This document shows positions 18,704 to 28,599 of a stretch of DNA of 64,000 bases, piece by piece. The notes under the pieces were generated by a model, which was not told where the DNA came from, made no database searches, and was given only the letters and a program-made list of their open reading frames with translations. This stretch comes from Methanobacteriota archaeon (lineage in GTDB: Archaea; Thermoplasmatota; Poseidoniia; Poseidoniales; Poseidoniaceae). A program made the translations under genes and the position numbers. The stretch lies in NCBI GenBank assembly GCA_002720275.1, contig PBHR01000023.1:21600-85599 (forward strand). Reading direction: 5' to 3'. Each line of letters begins with the position of its first letter. The first letter of the stretch is position 1.

Positions 18704-20557
18704 ATGACTATAAATTATAAGCAACATGAATTTGATGTAATAATCATTGGTGCAGGTGGTGCTGGATTAAGGGCTGCAATTGAATCTGCAAGGTCAGGGG
18801 TGAAAACCGCAATTATCACTAAATCATTGCTTGGAAAGGCACATACAGTAATGGCCGAGGGCGGATGTGCAGCATCATTACAAAACGCAGATCCGAGAGA
18901 CAATTGGAAAGTTCATTTCCATGACACAATGAAAGGAAGTAAATGGCTAGCAAATTGGAAAATGGCAGAATTACACGCAAAAGAGGCTCCTGACCGTGTT
19001 AGGGAACTTGAACAATGGGGGGCAGTATTTGATCGTACTCCTAAGAATTTGATTAATCAGCGAAATTTTGGAGGGCATACATTTCCAAGGTTAGCCCATG
19101 TGGGTGATGCAACGGGATTAGAAATTATTAGAACATTACAAGAAAAGGGAATTCATTCAGGAATTGATATTTTCATGGAATACACTGTATGTGAATTATT
19201 CAAAAATGAGGAGGGTGACTGCACAGGATGCATTGCATATAATCGAGTTGATGGGGAAATTCATGCCTTTTCGGCAAAATCAATAGTTTTAGCAACCGGG
19301 GGAATCACTAGATGTTGGAGTGTTTGTTCTGGTTCATGGGAATATACAGGAGATGGACATGCTCTTGCTTTAATGGCTGGTGCTGAATTAAGAGATATGG
19401 AATTTGTTCAGTTTCATCCAACTGGAATGATTTGGCCTCCATCTGTAAAAGGTATTCTGGTTACTGAAGGAGTTAGAGGTGAAGGTGGTAGATTACTAAA
19501 TTCAGAAAATGAGCGATTTATGTTTAACTATGTACCTGAAATGTTTGCTGGAGACCATGCTGAAACTATTGAAGAGTCAGATCAATGGGTTAAAGAAGTT
19601 GTTTCTGGAAAATTAGCAACTGTAAGAAGACCTCCCGAACTTTTGACTAGAGATGTCGTAGCAAAAGCAATTAATTCCGAAGTAAAAGCTGGAAGAGGAT
19701 CACCAAATGGAGGTGCTTTTTTAGACATATCACATAGAGGTGAAGAAGCTATTTTGAAAAAATTGCCTTCAATGCATCATCAATTCAAAGAACTAGCAGG
19801 TGTCGACATATCTAAAGAACCTATGGAAGTTGGACCAACTGCTCATTATGTTATGGGGGGCGTTAGAGTAAATGCAGAAACACAAGAAACTTGCGTACCT
19901 GGTTTATTTGCATGCGGAGAAGTTGCATCTGGGTTACATGGTGCAAATCGTTTAGGAGGCAATTCTCTTTCTGATTTGATTGTTTTTGGGAAAAGAGCCG
20001 GGGAATTTGCTGCTAAAAAATCAAAAGAATTAGAACAACCAAAAATAAATGAAAAAGAAATTATTAAAGCAGCAAAGAAGATGTTAGCGCCAATAATGAG
20101 TGAAAATGGAGAAAATCCTGGAAAAATATATGATGAGTTGCGAGAAATGATGCAAAATAATGTAGGAATAATTCGAACTGAAAAAGAAATGAAATTAGCA
20201 TTAGAAAAATTAGATGAATTTGAAGAAAGACAAAAAAATACTTTTTCAGGTTCTTCAAGAATATATAATTCTGGATGGCACCAAGCCCTTGATTTAATCA
20301 ATATGATTCTTGTGTCAAAAGCCGCAACATTAGCTGCTTTAACTAGAACAGAAAGTCGCGGTGGGCATACTAGAGATGACTTTCCAACTCCTGATGATGA
20401 TTACTGGGGTCAAACATTAAACATTATTTCACTTGAAGATGGTAAATTAACCATTAAACAAGAAGAAAAAGAAGAAATGAGAGCGGATTTAAAATTAGTA
20501 ATTAAAGAAATTAAAGATTTAATTGCAAAAAGAGCAGCAGAACAAGGTGGTGATTAA
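18704..20557 (+). CDS. sdhA: succinate dehydrogenase/fumarate reductase flavoprotein subunit
   Basis: Has the FAD-binding DVIIIGAGGAGLRAA motif, the covalent-FAD His context AHTVMAEGG, and the HPTG and RLGGNSL motifs. Confidence 0.95.
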   Translation: MTINYKQHEFDVIIIGAGGAGLRAAIESARSGVKTAIITKSLLGKAHTVMAEGGCAASLQNADPRDNWKVHFHDTMKGSKWLANWKMAELHAKEAPDRVRELEQWGAVFDRTPKNLINQRNFGGHTFPRLAHVGDATGLEIIRTLQEKGIHSGIDIFMEYTVCELFKNEEGDCTGCIAYNRVDGEIHAFSAKSIVLATGGITRCWSVCSGSWEYTGDGHALALMAGAELRDMEFVQFHPTGMIWPPSVKGILVTEGVRGEGGRLLNSENERFMFNYVPEMFAGDHAETIEESDQWVKEVVSGKLATVRRPPELLTRDVVAKAINSEVKAGRGSPNGGAFLDISHRGEEAILKKLPSMHHQFKELAGVDISKEPMEVGPTAHYVMGGVRVNAETQETCVPGLFACGEVASGLHGANRLGGNSLSDLIVFGKRAGEFAAKKSKELEQPKINEKEIIKAAKKMLAPIMSENGENPGKIYDELREMMQNNVGIIRTEKEMKLALEKLDEFEERQKNTFSGSSRIYNSGWHQALDLINMILVSKAATLAALTRTESRGGHTRDDFPTPDDDYWGQTLNIISLEDGKLTIKQEEKEEMRADLKLVIKEIKDLIAKRAAEQGGD

Positions 20558-21316
20558 ATGTCATTAAAAGGTAAAAAACAATCATTCAAAATCCAACGCG
20601 GGAATTTAGAAAATGTATCAATGGTTGAATTTAATATTGAATTAGATGAAGGGATGGTTGTTTTAGATTGTGTTCATAAAATTCAACACGAAGAACAAGC
20701 GGATTTAGCAGTTAGATGGAATTGTAAAGCAGGTAAATGTGGTTCATGCTCAGCAGAAATAAATGGACGACCAAGACTAATGTGCATGACTAGAATGAGT
20801 GATGTTGTATCAGAAACACCAGAAAACGTCCCTATTGAAATTCGACCAATGAAATCCTTTCCGATAATTAAAGATCTAGTGACTGATGTTTCATGGAATT
20901 ATGAGGTTGCACAAAAAATCAAACCAATAAACGGACCTAAAGAAAAAGATTGGGAATTCAATCAGATGGAAGCAGATAGAATACAACACTTCAGAGAATG
21001 CATTGAATGTTTTCTATGTCAAAATACATGCCATGTATTACGTGATCATGATTTATTTGATGATTTTGCAGGCCCTAGAAATTTAGTAAGATTGGCACAA
21101 TTTGAAATGCACCCCTTAGATACAGAAGATAGGATTCCCGAAATAAAAAAGGATTTTGGAGTTGAATATTGTAATATTACAAGATGTTGTACAGAAGTAT
21201 GTCCTGCTGGAATAAAAATCACAGATGATGCAATAATACCATTAAAGGAACGGGTTGTTGATAGATACTATGACCCAATTAAGATGGTATGGAGAAAACT
21301 AACTGGAAGAAATTAA
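20558..21316 (+). CDS. sdhB: succinate dehydrogenase/fumarate reductase iron-sulfur subunit
   Basis: Has a 2Fe-2S Cys cluster (CKAGKCGSCSAEINGRPRLMC) plus CIECFLCQNTC and CTEVCP clusters. Its start abuts the sdhA stop. Confidence 0.95.
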   Translation: MSLKGKKQSFKIQRGNLENVSMVEFNIELDEGMVVLDCVHKIQHEEQADLAVRWNCKAGKCGSCSAEINGRPRLMCMTRMSDVVSETPENVPIEIRPMKSFPIIKDLVTDVSWNYEVAQKIKPINGPKEKDWEFNQMEADRIQHFRECIECFLCQNTCHVLRDHDLFDDFAGPRNLVRLAQFEMHPLDTEDRIPEIKKDFGVEYCNITRCCTEVCPAGIKITDDAIIPLKERVVDRYYDPIKMVWRKLTGRN

Positions 21317-21402
21317 GAATGTAAAAAAAACCCGATTTAGCTCACTAAAAGGGGTTGTGGTGGTACGGCTGCCCGTTTATTTATAGTACGCTAATAGTTC
21401 AA

Positions 21403-21672
21403 CTAATCTTGGTGTTCAATACCTTGTTTCTTAACATTAGCTTTCCAAACCATATCTGGTAACCAATCTGGACCATTTGCTGGCTTAGGCACTTGTTTTC
21501 TTTCGCCTGTGAAAACGTGTATACGTTTTGTTCCACGTTCTCTTAAACGAATGTCAATCTTTCCTCTAGAAGCCGCTTTTAAAGCAGCACCACGAGGTTG
21601 CGCACTTGCAAACACTTGACTTGTGTCTGCTCCTCCTTCCATTAGTACGAAGTACTTCTTGTTTTTTGCCAT
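21403..21672 (-). CDS. chromosomal protein MC1 family (non-histone archaeal chromatin protein)
   Basis: The 89-aa protein MAKNKKYFVLMEGG...QPRGAALKAASRG...IRLRERGTKRIHVF...PDWLP is colinear with Methanosarcina MC1 as I recall it (RNFVLR...QPRQAALKAANRG...IRLRERGTKKVHVF...PDWMP). The upstream 70 codons of the track ORF are rejected. Confidence 0.8.
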   Translation of the reverse strand: MAKNKKYFVLMEGGADTSQVFASAQPRGAALKAASRGKIDIRLRERGTKRIHVFTGERKQVPKPANGPDWLPDMVWKANVKKQGIEHQD

Positions 21673-21705
21673 GAGATATTCCTCGCTGGCACTCAAACAA
21701 AGGAC

Positions 21706-21713
21706 TTTATAAA
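21706..21713 (-). promoter_or_regulatory. candidate TATA box for the MC1 gene
   Basis: TTTATAAA lies 33 nt upstream of the MC1 ATG. The sequence is palindromic, so its orientation is not informative. Confidence 0.35.
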
Positions 21714-21850
21714 GTAATCTGTAAAAAAAGGGATACTGTAGCCTATTTTCAACATGTTTCAGAGTTACGGATACCCTTGAATTATGACTTGTATTACCGA
21801 AGTCAATATGTAGGACGGCCTCACCTCCGAGGTCTGTGGCAGAATTACTA

Positions 21851-22453
21851 ATGAAGCGGACTTGCAAAAATGGAATTCTCAAAGTCTTTTATGGGGACCT
21901 ATCAAAACACGAGGCTGACTTAATCGCTACTCCTTCAGATAATAGACTATCTGGGAGAGAAGGAATAGATGCAAAAGTGTATGACGTTGCTGGTGAAGAA
22001 TTAAGAGAAGCATGTAAAGAAATTGCAATAGAACAAAGAAAATTAAATTTATCTCCTTGCCCAGTATCTTCTGCAAAATTTAACAATTCGTTTAACCTCA
22101 AATCGAAATATTTGTTGCATGTTGTAAGTCCTGATTGTAGACGTCCAGTACAAGATCAAAATAGAAGAGAACTATTACCAAAAACATATGAATCTATGTT
22201 TTCAGCAATTCAAAGTAAAAAAGATGTGAAAATAGTAGCTGCAGCACCATTTTCAATGGATATTTTTTCTTATCCTCATAGAGAGGGGGCGAAAATGACT
22301 TTCAGTTTACTACTAGAATGGCTAAATAGTGAAGAATGTAATATTGAGGAATATCACATGATCGTATTGAACAAGAATTTTATTGATGCCATGCGCACAG
22401 TGTATAGAGAAACCGAAGATCAACTTCCAGGAAGAGATACTACAGATGAATAA
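21851..22453 (+). CDS. macro domain protein (ADP-ribose binding/hydrolase-like)
   Basis: VFYGDLSKHEADLIATPSDNRLSGREGIDAKVYDVAGEELREAC matches the macro-domain pattern GDIT...DAIVNAAN..L.GGGGVD.AI..AAG..L..EC. ATG 21851 is preferred to the track's GTG 21836. Confidence 0.6.
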   Translation: MKRTCKNGILKVFYGDLSKHEADLIATPSDNRLSGREGIDAKVYDVAGEELREACKEIAIEQRKLNLSPCPVSSAKFNNSFNLKSKYLLHVVSPDCRRPVQDQNRRELLPKTYESMFSAIQSKKDVKIVAAAPFSMDIFSYPHREGAKMTFSLLLEWLNSEECNIEEYHMIVLNKNFIDAMRTVYRETEDQLPGRDTTDE

Positions 22454-22533
22454 TTAAAAAACTTCTAAAAATTAATATTTTTTTTCTAAAACGATAAGAA
22501 ACCTCAAGAACGTTTGACAAAATCAACATAAAC

Positions 22534-23103
22534 ATGTCTAGCTCATATGAAAGAGAATTAAGACGCGTTTTAAGTGGTGATGAGAAAACTATCAATGCAA
22601 TTTCTCGAAGTTGCAACCCGTTAGAAAAATTACAAATTTTTTCTGTAACAAATAAACCATTCCTAGTAGTTAGGGCGGCCGGAAGTGGAATGGAAGGAAG
22701 CGGAGATTTAGTAGCATTAAGGGGAGACATATGTTTTCCAATTGAAGTTAAATCTACAAAATCAAAAAAATTATACCTTTCAGGTAGAACGAAAACACAA
22801 TACCTATCAATGGTTAAAGAAGGGGAAAAAACGGGACTGATGCCATTATATGCTCATCGATTAAAAGGTGTGAGAGGTGATTCTTGGAGACTCTTTAGAG
22901 TTGAAACTAGTAACTTGAAAGGAAAATTAATGATACTTGCTAGAAGAATACCAAAACTACCAATCTCAAATCAGGGTAATCCAATGATTGATTGGGATCA
23001 AGGTCTTCCACTACATAAATTCCTTTCTTATCTATGCCAAGAAAGAAAAGATGATTTTAACCCAATAGAATCCATTACACAAAATATGGCAACAAAAACA
23101 TGA
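22534..23103 (+). CDS. hjc: Holliday junction resolvase Hjc-like nuclease with a C-terminal extension
   Basis: Contains YERELRRVL, VVRAAGSG, GDLVALRG and FPIEVKSTK, i.e. the archaeal Hjc E...D...E-x-K layout. At 189 aa it is longer than typical Hjc. Confidence 0.55.
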   Translation: MSSSYERELRRVLSGDEKTINAISRSCNPLEKLQIFSVTNKPFLVVRAAGSGMEGSGDLVALRGDICFPIEVKSTKSKKLYLSGRTKTQYLSMVKEGEKTGLMPLYAHRLKGVRGDSWRLFRVETSNLKGKLMILARRIPKLPISNQGNPMIDWDQGLPLHKFLSYLCQERKDDFNPIESITQNMATKT

Positions 23104-24661
23104 GGAATAATATTAAAAATAACCCTAATGAACTCCATCCTGAGATTTTTCCAACTAAATTCTCCACACTCAAAGGATGCCATTTTTTAAATCCCAATAT
23201 TTCCCTTAAACGATTTACTTTTTCAATAGAACCATGCATCATATCCTTGAATAAATGACCACCATCAAAAGGCAAGATAGGAATTAAATTTGTCAATCCG
23301 AGTAAAATATTAACCCAAATCAACCAAAAGCAAAATTCTACAATTAAAATCATATTTGATGTACCAAGTATTCCTCCTAATCCCTTTGAATCAGCTACTA
23401 ACATACTTTCTTCAAAAGGATTCATTGCAGTTCCTTTATTTTCGAATGGCTGAAACAACAGTTGAATGACATGAAATGGGGTAATTATTATTTTTTCCAA
23501 TAATGTTCCCGAGGAGCCAGGGGCAAAGGGGCCTACTAAGCCATCTATTCCGTGTGTGCTGCTTACAAGTCCGCTAACTCCTAAAAATGCATCACCTGGT
23601 TCAATAATTTGACCCATTTGTTCTAAAAAGGCACGATTTTCTTCCAATACTATCTGAAAATCATCTTTTCCTATTTCTCCATCTTTATCCAAGTCATCTC
23701 TATTATCTGAAGTATTCCAAACATAATAATTATATTCATAAGCATCACCAAATGTAACATTTAAAATAATAACTTCATCAATATTATTTATTGGAATAAT
23801 TGTCAACTTAACTTCATCACCAGCTGAATAATTATCCATGACCCTATCAAAAGATTCCTTGTCAGGTATTAGATTTTGATCGATTTTCATAATTATATCA
23901 TAGGCATTTAACGGATATTCAACACCAGATGAAGTAGTAGACGAATGTGCTCCTGATTCTTCATGTTCAATTATACCTTTAGCGTACATCCCTTGATTAA
24001 TTGCAGTGAATTGATGTGAAGCAAAAATTAAAATTATAAAACAGATTAAAGCTAAAAATAAGTTTGTTGAGGGGCCTGCAGCAAACATCCTTTGTCTTTC
24101 TTTTCTTGGAGCCCTTGTTAATTCATCATATTCTGGTTCTGCAAAAGCACCTAAGGGTAGTGGACCTAACAATAGTAAGCCAAAACTACGAAGCCGCATA
24201 CCATGAGCTCTAGCTTGCAATCCATGACCAAATTCATGTATTACTAATGAAACAATAAATGCAAAAATACCCCAACCAAGAGGTATTACAGGATTTAATC
24301 CGGGAACTGCAATCATTGTACTAACGGGCATAGGATCTTTTGTGGGCCCTGTAATAATAAAAAGAAGAATCGCAAGGAATAAAAAAAGAATAATAAATAC
24401 CATTGAAGCTCTACAAACCCATAACGATATTTCACCGTAAATTCTCCAAAATTTTCTTGGCTTAGAAACCCTCTCTAACAACTTAATACCTTTCTGAGTT
24501 CTTAACATTAAAATAAAACCTAAAGCCTTAGTAGCATTAATTTTATCTAAATATCCATTTCTCTGAATTCTCGATAAAATTATCAACCAACATATAAATG
24601 AAAAAATAAGTAGAGGGAATAAAAAATCATACGCTTTAATCTCCAACCACTCATTGGCCAT
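23075..24661 (-). CDS. site-2 protease family (M50) intramembrane metalloprotease with an inserted soluble domain
   Basis: Has HEFGHG (HExxH) in a TM segment and a second motif NLIPILPFDGGH, plus multiple TM helices. Confidence 0.85.
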   Translation of the reverse strand: MANEWLEIKAYDFLFPLLIFSFICWLIILSRIQRNGYLDKINATKALGFILMLRTQKGIKLLERVSKPRKFWRIYGEISLWVCRASMVFIILFLFLAILLFIITGPTKDPMPVSTMIAVPGLNPVIPLGWGIFAFIVSLVIHEFGHGLQARAHGMRLRSFGLLLLGPLPLGAFAEPEYDELTRAPRKERQRMFAAGPSTNLFLALICFIILIFASHQFTAINQGMYAKGIIEHEESGAHSSTTSSGVEYPLNAYDIIMKIDQNLIPDKESFDRVMDNYSAGDEVKLTIIPINNIDEVIILNVTFGDAYEYNYYVWNTSDNRDDLDKDGEIGKDDFQIVLEENRAFLEQMGQIIEPGDAFLGVSGLVSSTHGIDGLVGPFAPGSSGTLLEKIIITPFHVIQLLFQPFENKGTAMNPFEESMLVADSKGLGGILGTSNMILIVEFCFWLIWVNILLGLTNLIPILPFDGGHLFKDMMHGSIEKVNRLREILGFKKWHPLSVENLVGKISGWSSLGLFLILFLMFLLPYFV

Positions 24662-24752
24662 GACACCCCGTCTTCGTTATTACTCTTGAATTAAAGTATT
24701 GTAACAATAAATAGCCGATGTTATTATTGAGTATTACAATTAGCAGATTACA

Positions 24753-25292
24753 ATGCATACAAAAATGCTAGAACAACTTTGCTTAGATGAAATTGGGGAA
24801 ATACCTAATGAAATTATATTATGGCATTTAGAAGATGGGTTTGCTGAATATTTAATTAAATTTGAAAATAATATAGCATTAATTACAATGAGTATGTATG
24901 ATGTTGAAGAAGATGGTATAGGATATCTTTTAGAACAAAGATTATACATTTCACCACAAAATTACATTAGTGGTAGTATTGATTCACATTCAATTAATTC
25001 TGAGCAAATATTATTAAAAATTACAGAAAATCAAGAAATCTACTTTACTGATAACGGAAAAAACATTCAAAATTTAATTGAGGTCTTAGAATCATGGGTT
25101 ATTGAAATTAATTCTAAACAATCTTCTGATAGTTTACGTTCTAGATTTTCAAGTTTAAGAAGAGAAAAACAAGCAATAATTTCTAAGTTTGACCAATTAA
25201 ATTTTGAAGCAATAAAAAGTGATATGGACTACCTAGAGCAAAAACTAAAAAATACGCAACGAAAATTAGCCGGGAATGAAATTGAAGATTAA
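24753..25292 (+). CDS. hypothetical protein (C-terminal coiled-coil-like segment)
   Basis: The ORF has no competing frame. I recognised no motif. Confidence 0.45.
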   Translation: MHTKMLEQLCLDEIGEIPNEIILWHLEDGFAEYLIKFENNIALITMSMYDVEEDGIGYLLEQRLYISPQNYISGSIDSHSINSEQILLKITENQEIYFTDNGKNIQNLIEVLESWVIEINSKQSSDSLRSRFSSLRREKQAIISKFDQLNFEAIKSDMDYLEQKLKNTQRKLAGNEIED

Positions 25293-26282
25293 TTACTCTG
25301 ATTCTCTTATATCTTCGCTATGATTTTTCATTGATTCATCTGAATGAGAAACCATTTCCGGAGATTTTTGTAAAAAGGCATTCACTAAACCCTCTAAAAT
25401 AATTGGTATTATTAATAAAATAAATATTGTTCCTGTTAATGAAAGCCATGTTTTTGAGGGGATATATGTTGTCCCAGGAGATGAGTCTGTTGTTGCACCT
25501 AACGTCATTAATTTAACAGAACCAAACCAAGGAATCTCTGCCCCTGCAATCCCTTCAACCCATTCTTTTGATACCGCTTCTACTCGCTTTCCTGAAGCAT
25601 CGCTAAGACCTCCGCCTGTTGTATTATTAGTTGCAATCCCTCCTTGATCAACATTGCAATTATTATTATCTCCTAATGTAAGATATCCTTCATGATTAGG
25701 AACCCAATCAACTATACGAAGATATTGAGCATGTGCCCCATTATCTGATAAATCACAATTAAATTCTTTAAAATCCCAACTAATTTTTGTTGAATTTCGA
25801 ATACTTGTTCCGGCAACATCCCAAGTTAATACACAAGTGCCGAGTTCAGAATCTAAATCATCAATTAAAAATTTATCATAACTACCATTTTCACAACTAT
25901 CATTAATTCTATCTGGGGTTTCAGTAAAATTTGCTCTTGCAAAAAGTATTGCACGATGGATAATTGGTGTTTTATCCTCTCCATTTTTATCATACACAAT
26001 TACATCACCAGGTAATCCATGACTATGATACACTTTTGAACCTGAATCAACCTCTAAAGCTTCTGCATATGTCACTATTTTTCTACTATGAGGTGCATGA
26101 ACTAAAATCAAATCACCTGCATCAATTGCTCCAATTTGACCCTCTGGATCATGCATCATTGAATCCGATTCTACAACTACAACGGGAGGGGAATTACCTG
26201 TTGAAGAATACATTGCTAATAATAATAACAAAATCACACTAACTGCAAGAATTAATTCTTTTAACAACGGCCACGCCTTCAA
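25293..26282 (-). CDS. signal peptidase I, archaeal/ER type (S26B), with a large insertion
   Basis: Has an N-terminal TM, a catalytic Ser box VVESDSMMH, a His box IIHRAI, the GDNN box (LTLGDNNNCNVDQ) and a C-terminal TM. It starts at TTG, with GAGGGA upstream. Confidence 0.7.
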   Translation of the reverse strand: MKAWPLLKELILAVSVILLLLLAMYSSTGNSPPVVVVESDSMMHDPEGQIGAIDAGDLILVHAPHSRKIVTYAEALEVDSGSKVYHSHGLPGDVIVYDKNGEDKTPIIHRAILFARANFTETPDRINDSCENGSYDKFLIDDLDSELGTCVLTWDVAGTSIRNSTKISWDFKEFNCDLSDNGAHAQYLRIVDWVPNHEGYLTLGDNNNCNVDQGGIATNNTTGGGLSDASGKRVEAVSKEWVEGIAGAEIPWFGSVKLMTLGATTDSSPGTTYIPSKTWLSLTGTIFILLIIPIILEGLVNAFLQKSPEMVSHSDESMKNHSEDIRESE

Positions 26283-26297
26283 GTAAATCCCTCACTT

Positions 26298-26732
26298 TTA
26301 TCTGCGTTTCATTTTAATTCCTTTTTCTAAGAGGAATTCTCTAAGTTTATCTAAATAGCGAGTTCCTAAAATCTTTCCAGCCTCTTGTGCTTCGGCCATT
26401 TCTTTCCTTAATTCAGAAGGTGATGAAATTTGCATGTATTCTCTAAGAAAATTATATCTTCCTCGCAAGTAAAAAAATTCGGGCCACAAAAATATTGCAA
26501 CTATAATTCCAATAATTCCAGTAATCCAAGCTAAAGCATTCTGCTCAGGACCCCATTGATTATATGTTCCTGTAATAATGAAAACAAGAGTAAATAACAT
26601 CATTCCTAAAGAGACTACAAACACTGTAGTCATGATTGTCAAATGATGTTCCCTAAGAGATTCCCATTTTTTTGAAACTCTTTCTCGCATACTTGATTTG
26701 GCGTTTTTAGACATTCGACTCAACCTACTCAA
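26298..26732 (-). CDS. small membrane protein (two TM helices), unknown function
   Basis: Has hydrophobic segments TTVFVVSLGMMLFTLVFIITG and ITGIIGIIVAIFLWPEFF. The start is TTG 26732 or ATG 26714. It lies in the same operon orientation as the signal peptidase gene. Confidence 0.5.
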   Translation of the reverse strand: MSRLSRMSKNAKSSMRERVSKKWESLREHHLTIMTTVFVVSLGMMLFTLVFIITGTYNQWGPEQNALAWITGIIGIIVAIFLWPEFFYLRGRYNFLREYMQISSPSELRKEMAEAQEAGKILGTRYLDKLREFLLEKGIKMKRR

Positions 26733-26780
26733 GAAGCAACATAACTTAACATAATCTGATGTTTTTTCAAAACCTTTATC

Positions 26781-27242
26781 TCAAATAATAATAAATTCAA
26801 TATTTGCTTCATTTAACATCGATTTAGATAAATCGAATTCATCATTCCATCTTTCTGGGATTTTAACTCCACTAGGAATTACTATTTTCTTTATTCCTGC
26901 TTGAATTAATGACCTAGAACAACGATTGCATGGTGGCCAAGTAACATATGCTGTACACCCTTTTAATGAAACTCCAATTCTTGCTGCATGCATTATTGCA
27001 TTTTCTTCTGCGTGACAAATTAAAGGATACTTTTTTTCTCTTTCATTTAATCTTTCATCAGTATCTTCTATCCCTCTAGGGAATCCATTAAATCCTGTTG
27101 AACGAATCTCTCGATCTTCTCCGACAATAATACAACCGACTTTAGTTGATGGGTCTTTACTCCACTCTGAAATATGTTTAGCTAATTCTAAAAACCGTAA
27201 ATCCCATTTCACTGTTTCTTCACCGACACTCGTAGATGCCAT
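26781..27242 (-). CDS. dCMP deaminase (cytidine/deoxycytidylate deaminase family)
   Basis: Contains the Zn motifs CHAEENAI and PCNRCSRSLIQAGI. Confidence 0.9.
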   Translation of the reverse strand: MASTSVGEETVKWDLRFLELAKHISEWSKDPSTKVGCIIVGEDREIRSTGFNGFPRGIEDTDERLNEREKKYPLICHAEENAIMHAARIGVSLKGCTAYVTWPPCNRCSRSLIQAGIKKIVIPSGVKIPERWNDEFDLSKSMLNEANIEFIII

Positions 27243-27275
27243 GCCTAATTTTTACTTTCGGAATAATTTTCAGTT

Positions 27276-28499
27276 TTATTTTGATAAAATAGTCATAGAT
27301 TTTTCATCATCTAATTCTAAAATGGATAAAATATTCCCAATTAAATAAAGACTGCCGATGCAGAGCAAGGTCCCATTTTTTGTTAATAATTTACCTTTGT
27401 TTAAAGCATTCAAAGGTAGAGGTTCAAGATGTATTTTTGTTTCATTTGATCTAGGTGAAATGTTTTCTAATAATTTTTCAACATTTATTGATTCTGTTCT
27501 ACCTCCTTGAGGCTCAGTTAAAATTATATTTTCAATTGGGTTAATTTTAATGTAATCAATTATAGGATTTAAAAAACCTTCAAAATCTGTTTGTTCAGTA
27601 CACCCTAAAATGATGTTTTGAACATTCTTATCATTTGATGAGATTTCATCAAAGGCTCTAGAAATACCGCTAGGATTATGTGCACAATCTAATAAAATTT
27701 CCAATCCATTGGAATCTTCAATTCTTTGCATCCTTCCTGGCCAAATAGTACGTTTTGCAGGTTCTTCACATTTGAAAATTAAGCCCATCTTTTCCATAGC
27801 TAAATTAGCTAAACCTATTGCTTCATCTTTCATATTTTCATTTTGTAATGGTTTATACCACTCAATTAGTTCAGGTAAATTAACAGATTCTGAAATTACT
27901 TTACGAACCTTTTCATCTTTGTTCCACATTGAAATTAAAGGCATTCCATCTCTTGCAATTGCAGATTTTTCAGTTGCTATTTCTAATATCGTGCTTCCCA
28001 GAGTTTTTGTATGTTCTAATGAAATTTGTGTTAAAATACAACAATCTGCATTTACCAACCTTGTAGCATCTAATCTTCCACCAAGACCTGTTTCAATTAT
28101 TGCACGTTCAATTTTAGATGACGAAAAATGAATCATTGCAATAAGAAAAGTTGCTTCATAAAATGTTGGTATAATTTTTGGTTCTATTTCACAAACTGAA
28201 TATAATTTTTCAATATTGGCTACAAATATAGAGTTAGAAATTTGTAATCCATTAATTCTTACTCGTTCTTCCACATTACATAGATGGGGTGAAGAAAATA
28301 ATCCTGTTTTTATACCATTAAGTGTAAATGTGTTTGATAAAATAGAACAAATAGTACCTTTACCATTACTACCCGCAACATGAATTGATGGGAAGTCATT
28401 TTGAGGATTCTTTAATCTTTGTAATAATTTCTTAGTATTTTCTAATCCTAGTTTCATTCCCTGTTTTCGCAAAGATTCTAACCATTCAATTGCATCCAT
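27276..28499 (-). CDS. folC: folylpolyglutamate synthase / dihydrofolate synthase (Mur ligase family)
   Basis: Has the P-loop HVAGSNGKGT, the FSSPHL motif, ETGLGGRLDATN-like ETGLGGRLDATR, and CAHNP. Confidence 0.85.
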   Translation of the reverse strand: MDAIEWLESLRKQGMKLGLENTKKLLQRLKNPQNDFPSIHVAGSNGKGTICSILSNTFTLNGIKTGLFSSPHLCNVEERVRINGLQISNSIFVANIEKLYSVCEIEPKIIPTFYEATFLIAMIHFSSSKIERAIIETGLGGRLDATRLVNADCCILTQISLEHTKTLGSTILEIATEKSAIARDGMPLISMWNKDEKVRKVISESVNLPELIEWYKPLQNENMKDEAIGLANLAMEKMGLIFKCEEPAKRTIWPGRMQRIEDSNGLEILLDCAHNPSGISRAFDEISSNDKNVQNIILGCTEQTDFEGFLNPIIDYIKINPIENIILTEPQGGRTESINVEKLLENISPRSNETKIHLEPLPLNALNKGKLLTKNGTLLCIGSLYLIGNILSILELDDEKSMTILSK

Positions 28500-28599
28500 T
28501 CTCTAACAAGTCACCCAATACAATTGAGATATTGAGGTTTCTGACTATAACGTATGATAACTTAGGCAGACTGATAGAGGAGACTACTAAAGCAGGTTC

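Noticed and set aside
19846-20301. Antisense ORFs within sdhA. Similar cases are 27709..28131 in folC, 50229..50633 in infB, 38412..39404 in the ATPase, and 6477..8711 and 42810..44559 in the coiled-coil genes.
   Set aside because: These are typical long antisense frames of AT-rich or repetitive coding DNA. In each case the opposite strand carries strong family motifs.
23075-23103. 29-bp convergent overlap of the Hjc-like and M50 protease 3' ends
   Set aside because: A short convergent overlap is common in compact genomes. It may simply reflect a slightly over-extended C-terminus, and there is no evidence of regulation.
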